Notes: generated by a model not told the origin, from the letters alone. Shown: positions 1 to 10,328, numbered from the stretch's first letter. The stretch: 64,000 nt of DNA from an uncultured Trueperaceae bacterium (GCA_963799485.1 CAWCXJ010000006.1:690189-754188); one strand, 5' to 3'. Numbers and translations are program-made.

Positions 1-538
1 CGGTGCTCGTCGCGGCGGCGAGTCGGTCCTGTTTGTCGCGGACGACTGCACCCACGGTAGCCGAGTTGGCGGGTTCGCCCGCGTCTTTTTTCCACGCCGC
101 GTAAGCAGCGCGTGTCCGTTCGGTGAGTAGCGCGGCGTTGTCCGTATTGTCGGGGAATGTTTCGGCGAAGGCGTCCGCTCCGGCTCCGACAAGAAAGACG
201 TGGGGCGTCCCCAACCTCACCCGCTCAGCGAGCAAGACAGGATTTTTCGCCCGCGTCACCGCGCCGACAGCCCCGGCAGAACCGTCCCAACCCGCCGCCA
301 CCGCCGCGTCGCACTCGACCACACCATCACGGTTCGGCGACCCGCCCGTTCCGGCGTTAAAGGCTTCGGCGTTGTTTTCCATCAGCGTTATGGCGACGAG
401 CGCAGCGTTTACGGCGTCGGCCCCGTTCATGAGTGCGGCAAAGCCTGCGTCTCTCGCCTCGCGGAGACCCGCTTCATAGGCGTCTCGGTCGCTCGCCTCG
501 ATATTTCCTGCACCGCCGTGAATAAGAATCGTTGCCAT
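1..538 (-). CDS. Isoaspartyl peptidase/L-asparaginase (Ntn hydrolase), 3' end outside window
   Basis: Not in the ORF track. Manual translation from ATG 538 gives MATILIHGGAG...FNAGTGGSPNRDGVVECDAAV...ATVGAVVRDKQDRLAAATST, with the typical HGGAG start and TVGAV nucleophile motif. Confidence 0.9.
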   Translation of the reverse strand, partial: MATILIHGGAGNIEASDRDAYEAGLREARDAGFAALMNGADAVNAALVAITLMENNAEAFNAGTGGSPNRDGVVECDAAVAAGWDGSAGAVGAVTRAKNPVLLAERVRLGTPHVFLVGAGADAFAETFPDNTDNAALLTERTRAAYAAWKKDAGEPANSATVGAVVRDKQDRLAAATST

Positions 539-757
539 AAACTATCTAACCACGCGCCTGGTAAGGCGTGAAACTACCCGCAGAATAGTAGTTGTAAAGG
601 CTTGCCGCTACCGGCGTGCATTTTACGGCGTGTGCTATTATCCCGGCGTGGCCCAAACCAGAGGCGACCTGCTACGGCCTACAAAGGGGCCCGAGCAGGT
701 AGACTGGGCGGTAATGATTACCAAAACGGTCAAAGAGCTCTCATCGGGGACGCCACG

Positions 758-1309
758 ATGAAAACACGCGGAACACGCAGCGGTATCTTGCTGAGTCTGG
801 ACGCCAAGGATACCGCCGAGAGTATCCGGCAGGGCGTTCAAAAAGAATTACTGTCCGGCAAGGTGTTTGTCGAACTTGCTGAGCGCACCCCGTGGGAAAC
901 ACTTAAAGGACTCGAGGCCCTTATTACCGACGCCGGGGGCACGCTCGCCGAGGTTAGACCGCCGGGCGCGGTAGTGCAGGCCAAGGGCGAAACGCAGATC
1001 GTCGCCCGCACCGTGCGAAGCGGAGGCCGCGTCGAATCGCGCGGTTCGGCGATTGTCATCGGCGACGTCAACGCCGGAGCCGAAGTCATTGCCGAAGATG
1101 ACATTATCGTTTTGGGTACGCTCCGGGGGATCGCCCATGCAGGTGCGGACGGCAACGAAAACGCCTTTATCTGGGCGCAACAGGTCAAATCCAAACAGCT
1201 CCGCATCGCCGGGGCGTTGGCGCAAGCAGGCGGCGACAGCAAAACCGTCTCCGGACCGGAGGTCGCGCAGCTGCATAACGGTCAGATTATCCTGCGCCCC
1301 TGGGATTAA
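758..1309 (+). CDS. minC: Septum site-determining protein MinC
   Basis: RTVRSGGRVESRGSAIVIGDVNAGAEVIAEDDIIVLGTLRGIAHAGA is the MinC C-terminal beta-helix. Start taken at MKTRGT. Confidence 0.9.
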   Translation: MKTRGTRSGILLSLDAKDTAESIRQGVQKELLSGKVFVELAERTPWETLKGLEALITDAGGTLAEVRPPGAVVQAKGETQIVARTVRSGGRVESRGSAIVIGDVNAGAEVIAEDDIIVLGTLRGIAHAGADGNENAFIWAQQVKSKQLRIAGALAQAGGDSKTVSGPEVAQLHNGQIILRPWD

Positions 1310-1489
1310 CTAAGTCCCTGGTACTAACTAAAATGCACACCGAGTTCTCCTTTGAGCGGGGCAAAACGTCTGTGGACTTTCGGCAATATGCGAAGCCGTT
1401 CTGGCTGCAGCGTTGTTGGTAACTAAAAGTATAGGTCATCGCCTACAAACCGCGAGAATACGAGCAGCGAGTCGGCAACACGCCAAGGT

Positions 1490-2464
1490 TTACGGCACGG
1501 GTGCGCCGCGTGCCGCTTCCATCAGGGCAAACCATTCGGCGCGCTCGAGTGTTACTTCGTCGGCCTTGACCGAATCGGCGATCCGCGACGCCTTGTGCGT
1601 CCCTAAAATCGGCTGAATCCCTGCCGGGTGCCGTAACAGCCAGCCGAGGGCGATGGCTTCTTTGGTGGTGTTTTTCTGCTCTGCCAGCTCTGCAATCAGC
1701 TTGGCAACCGCGTGAACGTTTTCGGGCTCGTCCGGGCCGGGGTTAAAAAGCCGTCCGCCCGCCACCGGCGACCACGCCTGTACGGTGATGTCGTGTAGGC
1801 GGCAATACTCCAAAACGCTCTGTGTGTTGGCAAAGGGTGCCGTAGGCAAATTGACCAAAACGCCGTTACCGATCATGTACGAATGGAGGAGGTTGAGCTC
1901 GAGCTGGTTGACCACCAGCGGCAAGTCCAAAGCTTTCTTGAGCAGTTCGATCTGCAAGGGGCTGTGGTTACTCACGCCGAAATAACGCACCATGCCGTTT
2001 TTATGGAGGTGCTCGGCGGCTTTCGCAACCTCTTCGGGTTCGACGAGCGGGTCGGGGCGGTGAAACGCGAGCAGATCCACGTAATCGGTACCGAGGCGTT
2101 TAAGGCTTCCCGCGACGACCTTGATAAGATGCTCCGACGAAAAATCGTAGCGTCCCGGTGGGCCGTAATCGGGGTCGGAACCGACGATAATTCCGGCTTT
2201 TTCCTGCAACACGAGCTTTTCACGCAACCCTGGATTTTGCTTGAGGGCGTAACCGATCACTTCGTCGGATTTGCCGAGCGTGTAGATGTCGGCCAGGTCT
2301 ATGTGGTTGATCCCGTGTTCATACGCTGCGGTCAAAAGCTCGTTCGCACGGTCTTTGATGTCTTGCGTTGCCGGGGTTTTGTCCCAGGTGCCGCCGATAT
2401 GCCAGGTGCCGAAGGCGATACGGCTGACCGTAAGGTCGGTGTTGGCTAAGGTGTACGTTTTCAT
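1490..2464 (-). CDS. Aldo/keto reductase (YdhF-like)
   Basis: IDLADIY, LKRLGTDYVDLLAFHRPD, GVSNHS and QAWSPVAGG motifs. Confidence 0.92.
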   Translation of the reverse strand: MKTYTLANTDLTVSRIAFGTWHIGGTWDKTPATQDIKDRANELLTAAYEHGINHIDLADIYTLGKSDEVIGYALKQNPGLREKLVLQEKAGIIVGSDPDYGPPGRYDFSSEHLIKVVAGSLKRLGTDYVDLLAFHRPDPLVEPEEVAKAAEHLHKNGMVRYFGVSNHSPLQIELLKKALDLPLVVNQLELNLLHSYMIGNGVLVNLPTAPFANTQSVLEYCRLHDITVQAWSPVAGGRLFNPGPDEPENVHAVAKLIAELAEQKNTTKEAIALGWLLRHPAGIQPILGTHKASRIADSVKADEVTLERAEWFALMEAARGAPVP

Positions 2465-2612
2465 AAGCGTTCCCCAATCCGGCTTCACAAAACGGCAGGT
2501 ACGAACCTACGCCGGTGAAGCGATTTTAGTTTGGGAGAGTATAACGCCGCTGAAACCGTATAGATTGCGTTACACGTAGCTAACGCAACCGGCGGCACTT
2601 TGATTGGTAGAC

Positions 2613-2675
2613 AAAAAATGCGCCCTTTCAGGCGCTTACAAAAGCCAGCCTACACCCGTATACGGTATTCGTCAA
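2613..2675 (-). promoter_or_regulatory. Sigma70-like promoter immediately followed by an intrinsic-terminator-like hairpin
   Basis: Minus strand reads TTGACG (2675-2670), N17, TAGGCT (2652-2647), then GCGCC-TGAAAG-GGCGC-ATTTTTT. Confidence 0.55.
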
Positions 2676-2685
2676 GAGTATGCGC

Positions 2686-2825
2686 TGAGACCCGGACAAA
2701 AGTCTGTATAGTCTCAGATGGAACAGAAAAGAGCGGTTTCAGCGTCAGCCCTAGCAGAGTTTACGCGCCCTTATAAAACGCTTCTCAAAGACCGCCGTTT
2801 GCACGAAGGGTTTGATTTTCTGTAG
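2686..2825 (+). mobile_element. Possible truncated IS left end with a 35-codon transposase-like N-terminus
   Basis: TGAGACCCGGACAAAAGTCTG looks like an IS end. It is followed by TATAGT-N5-ATG (2718) and MEQKRAVSASALAEFTRPYKTLLKDRRLHEGFDFL*. Confidence 0.3.
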
Positions 2826-3048
2826 GGCCGGCCCCGTCTTTATAAAAGTGTAGCGGTGCGTCCATGTATGTACCTGTGCGTCGGTTTCGTTAAAACGCTT
2901 ACGTTCGAGCTTTTGCGCTCGTCGGTACTGCCGACACGGTGACGTTCGGTTGGCGGCGGACCAGGCTACCCGACCGTCTCGGGCTGAATGGGGGGATAGG
3001 TGATCGCGAGCTACACTGTTTTACTCATCCGAGTTTCGCTCATTTGGC

Positions 3049-3858
3049 TTAGCCGAACGCGGTCTGCACTGCGCCGCCGTCGACCCGGTAGTTCGAGCCG
3101 TCGACGTACATCGCCAGGTCGGAGCACAAGAAGGCAATTACGTTGGCGACCTCTTGCGGATTGCCGCGCCGTTTGAGGGTGATACCGGGACGCTCTTCAG
3201 CCAAAAAGCTCTCGACGGCTTCGTCGATGCTTACGTCCATCTTTTCTGCCCGCTGCTCCATCATCGCGTTCGTCATCGGCGTTTCGACGTAGGCAGGTGA
3301 AACGACGTTTACGTGTACCCCGTCTGGGCCATAAGCTTTGGAAAGTCCTTTGGTCAGGTTGATGACGCCCGCTTTGGCGGCGTTGTAAGGCGTTTCTTCA
3401 GCGTAAGGCTGAATGGCATTTTCAGACGCGATGAGGACGATGCGACCGTAGCTGCGTACGCGCATTCCCGGAATAAACGCGCGGCAAACACGTACTGCCC
3501 CCATTAGGTCGGTGTTTAAGGTCTCGAGCCAGCCGTCGTCGCTCAGCTCTAAAAAGTCGCCTGCTGCACCTCGTGTCCCGGCAATATGTGCCAAAACCGC
3601 TGCGCCACCTTGCTCGTCGGCAGCTTTGAGAAGTCTGTCGACATCAGCCAGCTTGGTCAGATCGGCCACGACCGCGTAAACTTCAGCGCCGGGTGCGTGC
3701 ACTTCGACCTGCGCCTTGGCTTTCTCCAGAGGTTCTTTTTTCATATCGCTGAGGAGTACCTTCGCACCTTCAGCGGCGAGCGTCATGGCGGTGTGCAGGC
3801 CGATACCTGAGTCTGCGCCGGTGACAACGGCGAGGCGTCCGTTAAAAGCTAAGTCCAT
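3049..3858 (-). CDS. SDR family oxidoreductase
   Basis: VTGADSGIG Rossmann motif, YNAAK catalytic motif, C-terminal VDGG. Confidence 0.93.
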   Translation of the reverse strand: MDLAFNGRLAVVTGADSGIGLHTAMTLAAEGAKVLLSDMKKEPLEKAKAQVEVHAPGAEVYAVVADLTKLADVDRLLKAADEQGGAAVLAHIAGTRGAAGDFLELSDDGWLETLNTDLMGAVRVCRAFIPGMRVRSYGRIVLIASENAIQPYAEETPYNAAKAGVINLTKGLSKAYGPDGVHVNVVSPAYVETPMTNAMMEQRAEKMDVSIDEAVESFLAEERPGITLKRRGNPQEVANVIAFLCSDLAMYVDGSNYRVDGGAVQTAFG

Positions 3859-3957
3859 AAAAGAAATTTACCGAAACAGCGGCGCAGAAACTACGCGCTG
3901 CACTATAATCGCTTTATAACAAGGGCAATTCTCGCGCTGTTTTCTGTTTGTTTGGGC

Positions 3958-3987
3958 AAAAAGGACACGGCTACAAAACCGTGTCCT
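3958..3987 (-). terminator. Intrinsic terminator of the lipoprotein gene
   Basis: AGGACACGG/CCGTGTCCT 9-bp stem with a T-run on the minus strand. Confidence 0.7.
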
Positions 3988-4006
3988 GAGGTGTGTGGAC
4001 GGGGAC

Positions 4007-5002
4007 TTAGCGGTACCTGGAGAACTGCGAGTTGCGGCTGAACCAGGCGTTACGTGCTTTTATCCAGACATTTTTGTCCGTCGTAACATCGAAGCAAGCG
4101 GGGCTGGCCTTTTTGAGCTGCTCGAGGTAGCTCTTGTTGCCCCCGGTGTAGACGATGGTGTTTTTGTTACCCTTACAAGCGCCTTCGTTAAGCGGTCGGC
4201 TGTAGACCTGCGGGTGATCGCCGGGATCCATATACCCTGCGCTCTTCGGCAGCAAGAAGACGTTATTTTTGAGCGTAAGCTTGCAACCGGGGTCTTTGGT
4301 GCGAAACGTCCACTTGAACATGTAGGCGCTGCGTTTTGCGTCCATAGCGATCAAGCTGTTGTCGATCGTAAAAGAGTTGCTTTTAAGCGCATTGCTACCC
4401 TCTTTACGGCACGAGAAGCCCATAAAAGCCCCATCGACCAAGACGTCGGTAACACGGCCGCTGTTGCCCCGGTCGTTCTCGACGGCGTCGTCCCCGGCGT
4501 GTTTGATGTACGAACTGCGAAGGGTCCAGTTGGGCGTATTGTTCTTAAACGAGACGCCGTCGCCGGCGTTGACAACGGCGATGTTTTCGACTGTGATGTT
4601 CGGTGTGTCGGTGAAATAAATGCCGTTTTGACCGTGATAGGCAGACCACGCCGCGCTAAGGCTAAGGCCTACGTCGTAGACGCCGCCCGAAAGGCACAAA
4701 GAACCTTTGTTACGCGCCCCGATAAACGAGAATTTACCTGCTCGCGCCATCAACTTGGCGTTGCTGGCGTCGATTTTGGGATTGCTCTGATTTCTAGCGA
4801 GCACCGTCTGGTTGTACGTCCCGCTTAGCTTCGTGACCTTGCCACCGCTAAGACAACCTGCAGCTTGGGTTGCGAGTTCGGGTACGGGCGTTTTGAGGAC
4901 GCTGCTACACGCGCCCAAGAATAGAAGTATGCCTAGAAACGAAATAGACGTGCCGCGGGTGAACAGGCGTTTCTTACCCTTAGCGTTTACGGTAGTGTTC
5001 AA
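4007..5002 (-). CDS. Lipoprotein with probable pectin-lyase-like parallel beta-helix
   Basis: Lipobox LLFLGACS. ENIAVVNAGDGVSF and HAGDDAVEND resemble beta-helix rungs. TTG start follows a GAGAGGA RBS. Confidence 0.65.
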   Translation of the reverse strand: MNTTVNAKGKKRLFTRGTSISFLGILLFLGACSSVLKTPVPELATQAAGCLSGGKVTKLSGTYNQTVLARNQSNPKIDASNAKLMARAGKFSFIGARNKGSLCLSGGVYDVGLSLSAAWSAYHGQNGIYFTDTPNITVENIAVVNAGDGVSFKNNTPNWTLRSSYIKHAGDDAVENDRGNSGRVTDVLVDGAFMGFSCRKEGSNALKSNSFTIDNSLIAMDAKRSAYMFKWTFRTKDPGCKLTLKNNVFLLPKSAGYMDPGDHPQVYSRPLNEGACKGNKNTIVYTGGNKSYLEQLKKASPACFDVTTDKNVWIKARNAWFSRNSQFSRYR

Positions 5003-5544
5003 TGTGAGTCCTCTCTGCTGGTGGTTGCCAAACGGACACGGCACCAGGGACTTGGGGAGACACAAATATAGCTGCAGTCAGCTTTGCAACCCCGGTGGTT
5101 GTGCGCGTCTCCTGACGTAATGACTAGTTTTTCTTGCTGTGTTTGAGGGGAGGCCATCCGCTCAACGAAGCTAAAGGTATCCCGGACGTTTATTAAAGTT
5201 ATTAAGCATTTATGAGAAAAAAATGATAACAAGACCAACAAAGCTTCACAGGCAAGAGAAAACTTTGACTTTTTACCCCGCCAATCCCCTCTCATAATGC
5301 TATATAAAAAGCTGAAAATGTCCACTTTTTCACACCCGATTTTCTCGTCCAAGGTCAAAAAGTGTATCCGGCGGCAGCAAATCTGAACCTTACGACTTAC
5401 GTTTCCGGTCACTCACAGCCAAACTCTTTCTAGTAACACTCCGACCACTCCCATCAGTCCACTTCCACCAGTGCGGATTGAGTACTGACGCCCTAGGCCC
5501 TTACCCGGGTCTGCTAAAGTTGACGAATAGAAAAGGAGCAAGTT

Positions 5545-6531
5545 ATGGCTACGATTCGCTGGGGCATTCTGGGAACAGGCAATATCGCGCAGCAGTTTGC
5601 CAGGGGGCTCGCCGAAATCCCGGACGCACACCTCGTCGGCGTCGGCTCGCGAAACTTGGAGACCGCGCAGGCTTTTGCGGCGACTTTCGGGGCCACGCGC
5701 GCACACAGCAGCTACAAAGCGCTCGCTGAAGACGCCGAAGTCGAGGTCGTTTATGTCGCAACGCCGCACACGCTACACGCTGAAAACAGTTTGCTCTGTC
5801 TAGCGGCCGGCAAAGCGGTACTCTGCGAAAAGCCCTTTGCCCTTAACGCAAGTCAGGCGCAAACAGTGATAGACACTGCCAGAGCCAAAAAACTCTTTTT
5901 GATGGAGGCGATGTGGACGCGCTTTTTTCCGCTCTTTAAGACGTTACGCGACCTCGTTCAAGAAGGGCGTATCGGCGAACTCAAACTTTTGCACGCCGAC
6001 TTTGGTTTCGCAAGCCCGGTTACGCAAAACCGGCTGTTCGAGCTGAATTTGGGCGGCGGCGCACTGCTCGATTTGGGCGTCTATCCGGTGTCGCTAGCGT
6101 CGTACCTCTTGGGAACGCCGACGGAGGTCTCGAGCCACGCCTACCTGGGCGCGACCGGGGTCGATGAGCAAAACGCCATCGTCTTAAAACACCAAAACGG
6201 CGCACTGGCGCTGCTCAGCACCACCATTCGAGCAGCCACACCGCAAAAGGCCGTCGTGATGGGTACCGAAGGAAGTATCCGGGTCTGCGCGCCGTGGTGG
6301 CAACCCGAAAAACTGGTTTTGACCGGTGCAAAAGGGGAAGAAACGTTTAGCTCACCACTGCCGCATAACGGCTACGCTTATGAAGCTGCCGAGGTGATGC
6401 GCTGTTTAAGGGAAGGGCAGCTCGAGAGTCCCGTCATGCCGCTAGACGAGACGCTCAGCATTATGAAGACGCTCGACACCTGCCGCGCCCAGTGGGGTCT
6501 CGAATACCCCGGTGAAACCCGCCCCGGTTAG
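5545..6531 (+). CDS. Gfo/Idh/MocA family oxidoreductase
   Basis: WGILGTGNIA, LCEKPF, GGGALLDLGVY motifs; AAGGAG RBS. Confidence 0.93.
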   Translation: MATIRWGILGTGNIAQQFARGLAEIPDAHLVGVGSRNLETAQAFAATFGATRAHSSYKALAEDAEVEVVYVATPHTLHAENSLLCLAAGKAVLCEKPFALNASQAQTVIDTARAKKLFLMEAMWTRFFPLFKTLRDLVQEGRIGELKLLHADFGFASPVTQNRLFELNLGGGALLDLGVYPVSLASYLLGTPTEVSSHAYLGATGVDEQNAIVLKHQNGALALLSTTIRAATPQKAVVMGTEGSIRVCAPWWQPEKLVLTGAKGEETFSSPLPHNGYAYEAAEVMRCLREGQLESPVMPLDETLSIMKTLDTCRAQWGLEYPGETRPG

Positions 6532-6534
6532 TGG

Positions 6535-6834
6535 CTACTGCCCCGTCGGAGCCGTGGCGGCGTCCCCGACGACCGTCGTCCAGGGTCTGACCCGCCACGC
6601 CCGGACGAGGCCCGCGCGGACATACGGGTCGGCCTCGGCAAACCGCTCGGCGACCTCCGGCGTCTCGCCTTGAAAGAGCAAAACAGCCTCGTCTACGGGG
6701 TCGGTCAGCGCGCCCGCAAGGAGCAGTTCGCCTCTGTTTTGCGCCGCCCAAGCCAGGCGGAGGTGTTCGGCGCGAAACTCGGCGCGGCGCTCGAGATAGT
6801 CCGGGGCCAAACTGTAAAAAAGAAGGTAATGCAC
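6535..6834 (-). CDS. YciI family protein
   Basis: RAEHL...LLLAGAL...FAEADPYVRAGLV pattern. Confidence 0.88.
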   Translation of the reverse strand: MHYLLFYSLAPDYLERRAEFRAEHLRLAWAAQNRGELLLAGALTDPVDEAVLLFQGETPEVAERFAEADPYVRAGLVRAWRVRPWTTVVGDAATAPTGQ

Positions 6835-6837
6835 CGC

Positions 6838-7851
6838 CTACACCACCGCCGGAACAAGCGTCGGTTTACGAAAGGTGATGTTCTCCCACTCGCCCTCTTC
6901 GACGACCGCTAAAGCACTGTTTTGCGACTTGAAGTGCGCCACGACCTCTTGCACCAGATCGTCCGGCGTCGAGGCTGCTGAAGTCACCCCGACCGAACGC
7001 ACACCCTCAAACCACTCAGGGCGCACGTCGGCGGCGCTCTCGATACGTCTGGCGTTGCCGGTCAGGTCTTGCGCGAGTTCCAACAGGCGCATGCCGTTCG
7101 AGGAATAGTCGCTGGTAACGACTAAAAACATCTCAACGTTGGGAGCGATTGTGCGAACCGCGTCCTGACGGTTCTTGGTCGCGTAACAGAGGTCGTCCGA
7201 CGGTGGGACGACGAGCGCGGGAAACCGGGTTTTCAAGATGGCAATGGTTTTGGCGACGTCATCGACTGAAAGCGTCGTCTGGGTCAGCACGACGACCTTT
7301 TCGGGGTCGGGTACGGTGACGGTCTCCGGGTCGGTCAGTTCGGGGTCGTGTTTACGGTTGCCGACGACGCTGACGACGGTCGTCGCGTTCGGCGCTTCAC
7401 CCTTGGTGCCGATGACCTCTTGGTGAGCGCTCGAGTCCCCGATCAGCAAAATATGAAACCCTTCGCGGGCATACTTTTTGGCTTCGGAGTGGACTTTGGT
7501 GACGAGCGGACAGGTCGCGTCTATCGTAGCGAGCCCTAACGCCTGTGCGCCCTGCCGCACCGCCGGACTTACGCCGTGCGCGGAGAAGACGACTGTTTCA
7601 GCGAGCGGTTCGCCGGCGGCCCGGGCTTTTTCTTTGAGCGGCCCCAACTCGCCGAGTGCCTCGACAAAGTGAACCCCGTGCTCCGCGCCCAAGCGCCCGA
7701 CCACCGTGTCGTTATGGACAATCGCGTGATAGACCGCCAGCTTTTCACCCTGCGCGCCGAGGGTTTGCGCCGCCTCTTCAACCGCCTGAATCGCCATCAC
7801 CACGCCTGCACAAAAGCCTCGAGGTTTGGCTAGATAGAGCGTTTCAACCAT
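6838..7851 (-). CDS. ispH: 4-hydroxy-3-methylbut-2-enyl diphosphate reductase
   Basis: [33 protein letters not shown] and SSN motifs. Confidence 0.97.
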   Translation of the reverse strand: MVETLYLAKPRGFCAGVVMAIQAVEEAAQTLGAQGEKLAVYHAIVHNDTVVGRLGAEHGVHFVEALGELGPLKEKARAAGEPLAETVVFSAHGVSPAVRQGAQALGLATIDATCPLVTKVHSEAKKYAREGFHILLIGDSSAHQEVIGTKGEAPNATTVVSVVGNRKHDPELTDPETVTVPDPEKVVVLTQTTLSVDDVAKTIAILKTRFPALVVPPSDDLCYATKNRQDAVRTIAPNVEMFLVVTSDYSSNGMRLLELAQDLTGNARRIESAADVRPEWFEGVRSVGVTSAASTPDDLVQEVVAHFKSQNSALAVVEEGEWENITFRKPTLVPAVV

Positions 7852-7886
7852 AGCTTTACTATACCGGCCCAGCGCTTGCCCGCGCG

Positions 7887-9002
7887 TCAGCCGGATTTTT
7901 GGGCGTCTCGCATAGACGCAGCTTCGGCGCGGCGCTCGGCAACTTCGGAGGCGGCGTCCGCCGTCGTCCAGCCCTGCGCGGCGGCGTGTTCGGCGGCGGC
8001 GGCGGTGTCTTTTGTCAGCATCAGCGTGCTACCGTCTTCGGCGAGTTCACGGGCGAGCTTTTGTACGCTCTCACGCCGCACGGCGTCTGCCACGTCGCGG
8101 ATGTAGATACCCAAGACACGTCCCGGAAAGTTGTGGACGATCTCGTAGTAGATTTCCGGGTCTTCCTGACCCGAGTCACCGATAAGGATAAAGGGCAGGG
8201 TCGGATATGTTTCTAGAATCTGTCGAATCGCCGTTTGCTTGTGCGAGCCGTGCGAGGTCGGCAGGAGTTCGGTTTCGCTGAGACCCCAGTCGCGGAGTAA
8301 AACCGGGCCGAGCGGAATCTGGTTGAGCGCCATAAACTCGGTCAGCACGTCGTAGAGGTTCCAGGGACTCGAGGACACGTAAAAAAGGGGGTTCTGAGTA
8401 CCCCTAAGCGCCTCGTAAAAACCCGCCACACCCTCGAACGGCAAACGGGTGTAGGCGTTGCCGAACAGCACCTGACGCGCGAGGCTGCGGAGGCTCGTCG
8501 CGCCGGTCTGCAGCACCGTGTCGTCGACGTCGCTGATGACGCCGAAGTGTGCGGTTTCCGGCGGGATGAGGACGGACGCCTCGGCGCGAACGGGCGGGCT
8601 GCGTTTGGGTTGGGTCAGCTCGAGGCCCAGCGTCAGCAGGTCGTCATCATCGGGTTCGGCATCAGGAATATCCAGCCACTGGGCGATATGTCCCTCATCG
8701 TCTGCTCGCAGCGACCGGGCAAACCCCGGAACCGCCGCCAGCGTAGCGTTCAGCTCGGCGTGCGCGACCTCACCGCTACGAAAGCGTTTCCACGTCCCCT
8801 TGAGGTTGTCCCACAACGAGTCTTCAGCCGTCGCCGCCTCGAGCCCGTTGTCTTCTAAAACCCGCCCCAGCAAGAACGCCCGTCCCGGTACGCCGTAACC
8901 GAGGTAGCTCTGCACGAGAAGCGGATCGTCTTCGCCGGTACCTGAGAAAGCCCGGTCGAACTGTGTTTCGGCCTGGTAGATGAGTTTATGCCAACTTGAC
9001 AT
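7887..9002 (-). CDS. App1-family phosphatidate phosphatase-like protein (DUF2183), paralog 2
   Basis: [34 protein letters not shown] motifs. Confidence 0.88.
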   Translation of the reverse strand: MSSWHKLIYQAETQFDRAFSGTGEDDPLLVQSYLGYGVPGRAFLLGRVLEDNGLEAATAEDSLWDNLKGTWKRFRSGEVAHAELNATLAAVPGFARSLRADDEGHIAQWLDIPDAEPDDDDLLTLGLELTQPKRSPPVRAEASVLIPPETAHFGVISDVDDTVLQTGATSLRSLARQVLFGNAYTRLPFEGVAGFYEALRGTQNPLFYVSSSPWNLYDVLTEFMALNQIPLGPVLLRDWGLSETELLPTSHGSHKQTAIRQILETYPTLPFILIGDSGQEDPEIYYEIVHNFPGRVLGIYIRDVADAVRRESVQKLARELAEDGSTLMLTKDTAAAAEHAAAQGWTTADAASEVAERRAEAASMRDAQKSG

Positions 9003-10205
9003 TTAGGAGCCTTTCCGTTTGGAAACAACCGCCGCCGACTCGTCGGGTCTGCCGAACGCGGTATCTAAAAAGGTCGTATCGCGCTCTTTTTCAGCGCGCA
9101 TCGCTGCGAGGGCGGCCTCGTCTATCCAGCCCTGCGCCAGGGCGTGCTGCGCCGCCGCCAGCGTGTCATTGGCCAGTACGAGCTGACTGCCCTGTTCCTG
9201 AACGCGCTTGCCGAGCGCCGTAACGACGCCGCGCCGCGCCGCGCCGCTGACGTCGCGGATATAGATGCCCAAAATGCGTCCGGGGTAGCGCGCAACGATT
9301 TCGCCGTAGATTTCCGGGTCTTGCTCGCCCGAGTCGCCGATCAAGATAAAGGGCAACGCCGGGAACGTGTCCAGAATACGCCTTATCTCATGCTGCTTAA
9401 ATGCGCCGTGTTCACCGGGAAACAGCTCGCCGGTACCGCCGCGCCACGCACGCAGGTTGAGCGGCCCCAAAGGAATCTGACCGAGCGTAAGAAACTCCAG
9501 AAGCAGATCGTAGAGGTTCCAGGGGCTCGAGGACACGTAAAAGAGCGGGTTCCGGGCGGGGGTGGTGCCCTGCTCGAGCGCCCGGTAAAAGGTCGCTACT
9601 CCGCGAAACGGCAGCCGCGTGTGGGCGTTACCGAAAAGCACGGCCCCCACTACCCGCACCCAGCGCGTCACGTCGGTTTGCACGACGGTATCGTCCATGT
9701 CGCTGATCACACCGAACTGCGCTTCCTTGTCCGGGACGAGTACCCGCCCGACGGCCCGCGCCGCCTCGACGCCCCGGCGCTGCGGTGCGACCAGGCTGTA
9801 GGTAACTTCCGTCCACCCTGCCGGAGCTGCTTCGGGCAGCTCGAGTTGCGCTTTGAAGTAACCTTGCGCGTCGGCCTCTATTTCCTCTTCGCCCCCCGGA
9901 TAGCCGACCTTGAGGCGTGCGTGCGGCACCTTGTCGCTGACAAAACGCTTGTAGGTATCTAAAAAGTTACGCCAGCGGGTCGCGTCGGGCGTCGCTATCT
10001 CGAGCCCCTTGTCTTCGATAACCCGGCCCCGAACAAAAAACCGGGTTGGGGTACCGAAACTCAGGTAAGGAATGATTTCAAAGGGGCGCTTCGAGCGAAA
10101 CCTTTTGAGTTTGCGAAAGGTCGTAAAGTCGCGCTCGAGGCTCAGCAAAAAATGAGTCAGCGCTTTTCTGACCCTTTCCACCACTGCCGTTTTGAGCATC
10201 GTCAC
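9003..10205 (-). CDS. App1-family phosphatidate phosphatase-like protein (DUF2183), paralog 1
   Basis: [34 protein letters not shown] motifs. Confidence 0.88.
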   Translation of the reverse strand: MTMLKTAVVERVRKALTHFLLSLERDFTTFRKLKRFRSKRPFEIIPYLSFGTPTRFFVRGRVIEDKGLEIATPDATRWRNFLDTYKRFVSDKVPHARLKVGYPGGEEEIEADAQGYFKAQLELPEAAPAGWTEVTYSLVAPQRRGVEAARAVGRVLVPDKEAQFGVISDMDDTVVQTDVTRWVRVVGAVLFGNAHTRLPFRGVATFYRALEQGTTPARNPLFYVSSSPWNLYDLLLEFLTLGQIPLGPLNLRAWRGGTGELFPGEHGAFKQHEIRRILDTFPALPFILIGDSGEQDPEIYGEIVARYPGRILGIYIRDVSGAARRGVVTALGKRVQEQGSQLVLANDTLAAAQHALAQGWIDEAALAAMRAEKERDTTFLDTAFGRPDESAAVVSKRKGS

Positions 10206-10328
10206 GCTGCCCCCCGAACAAAAGCTCTCACGAACTTAATATACTCGCTTAGGCAACGGCAAACCTTGCCGAAACCCGCAAAAGGCGGATAGGTTCATAC
10301 TCCACAGTTTAGCGCGTGGCGGCCCGGC

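Noticed and set aside
123..571. Plus-strand ORFs of 118, 67 and 123 aa
   Set aside because: Shadows of the minus-strand asparaginase gene.
3995..4828. 277-aa plus-strand ORF
   Set aside because: Antisense to the lipoprotein, which has an RBS, lipobox and terminator. The same applies to other long antisense ORFs such as 9144-9962 and 15473-16195.
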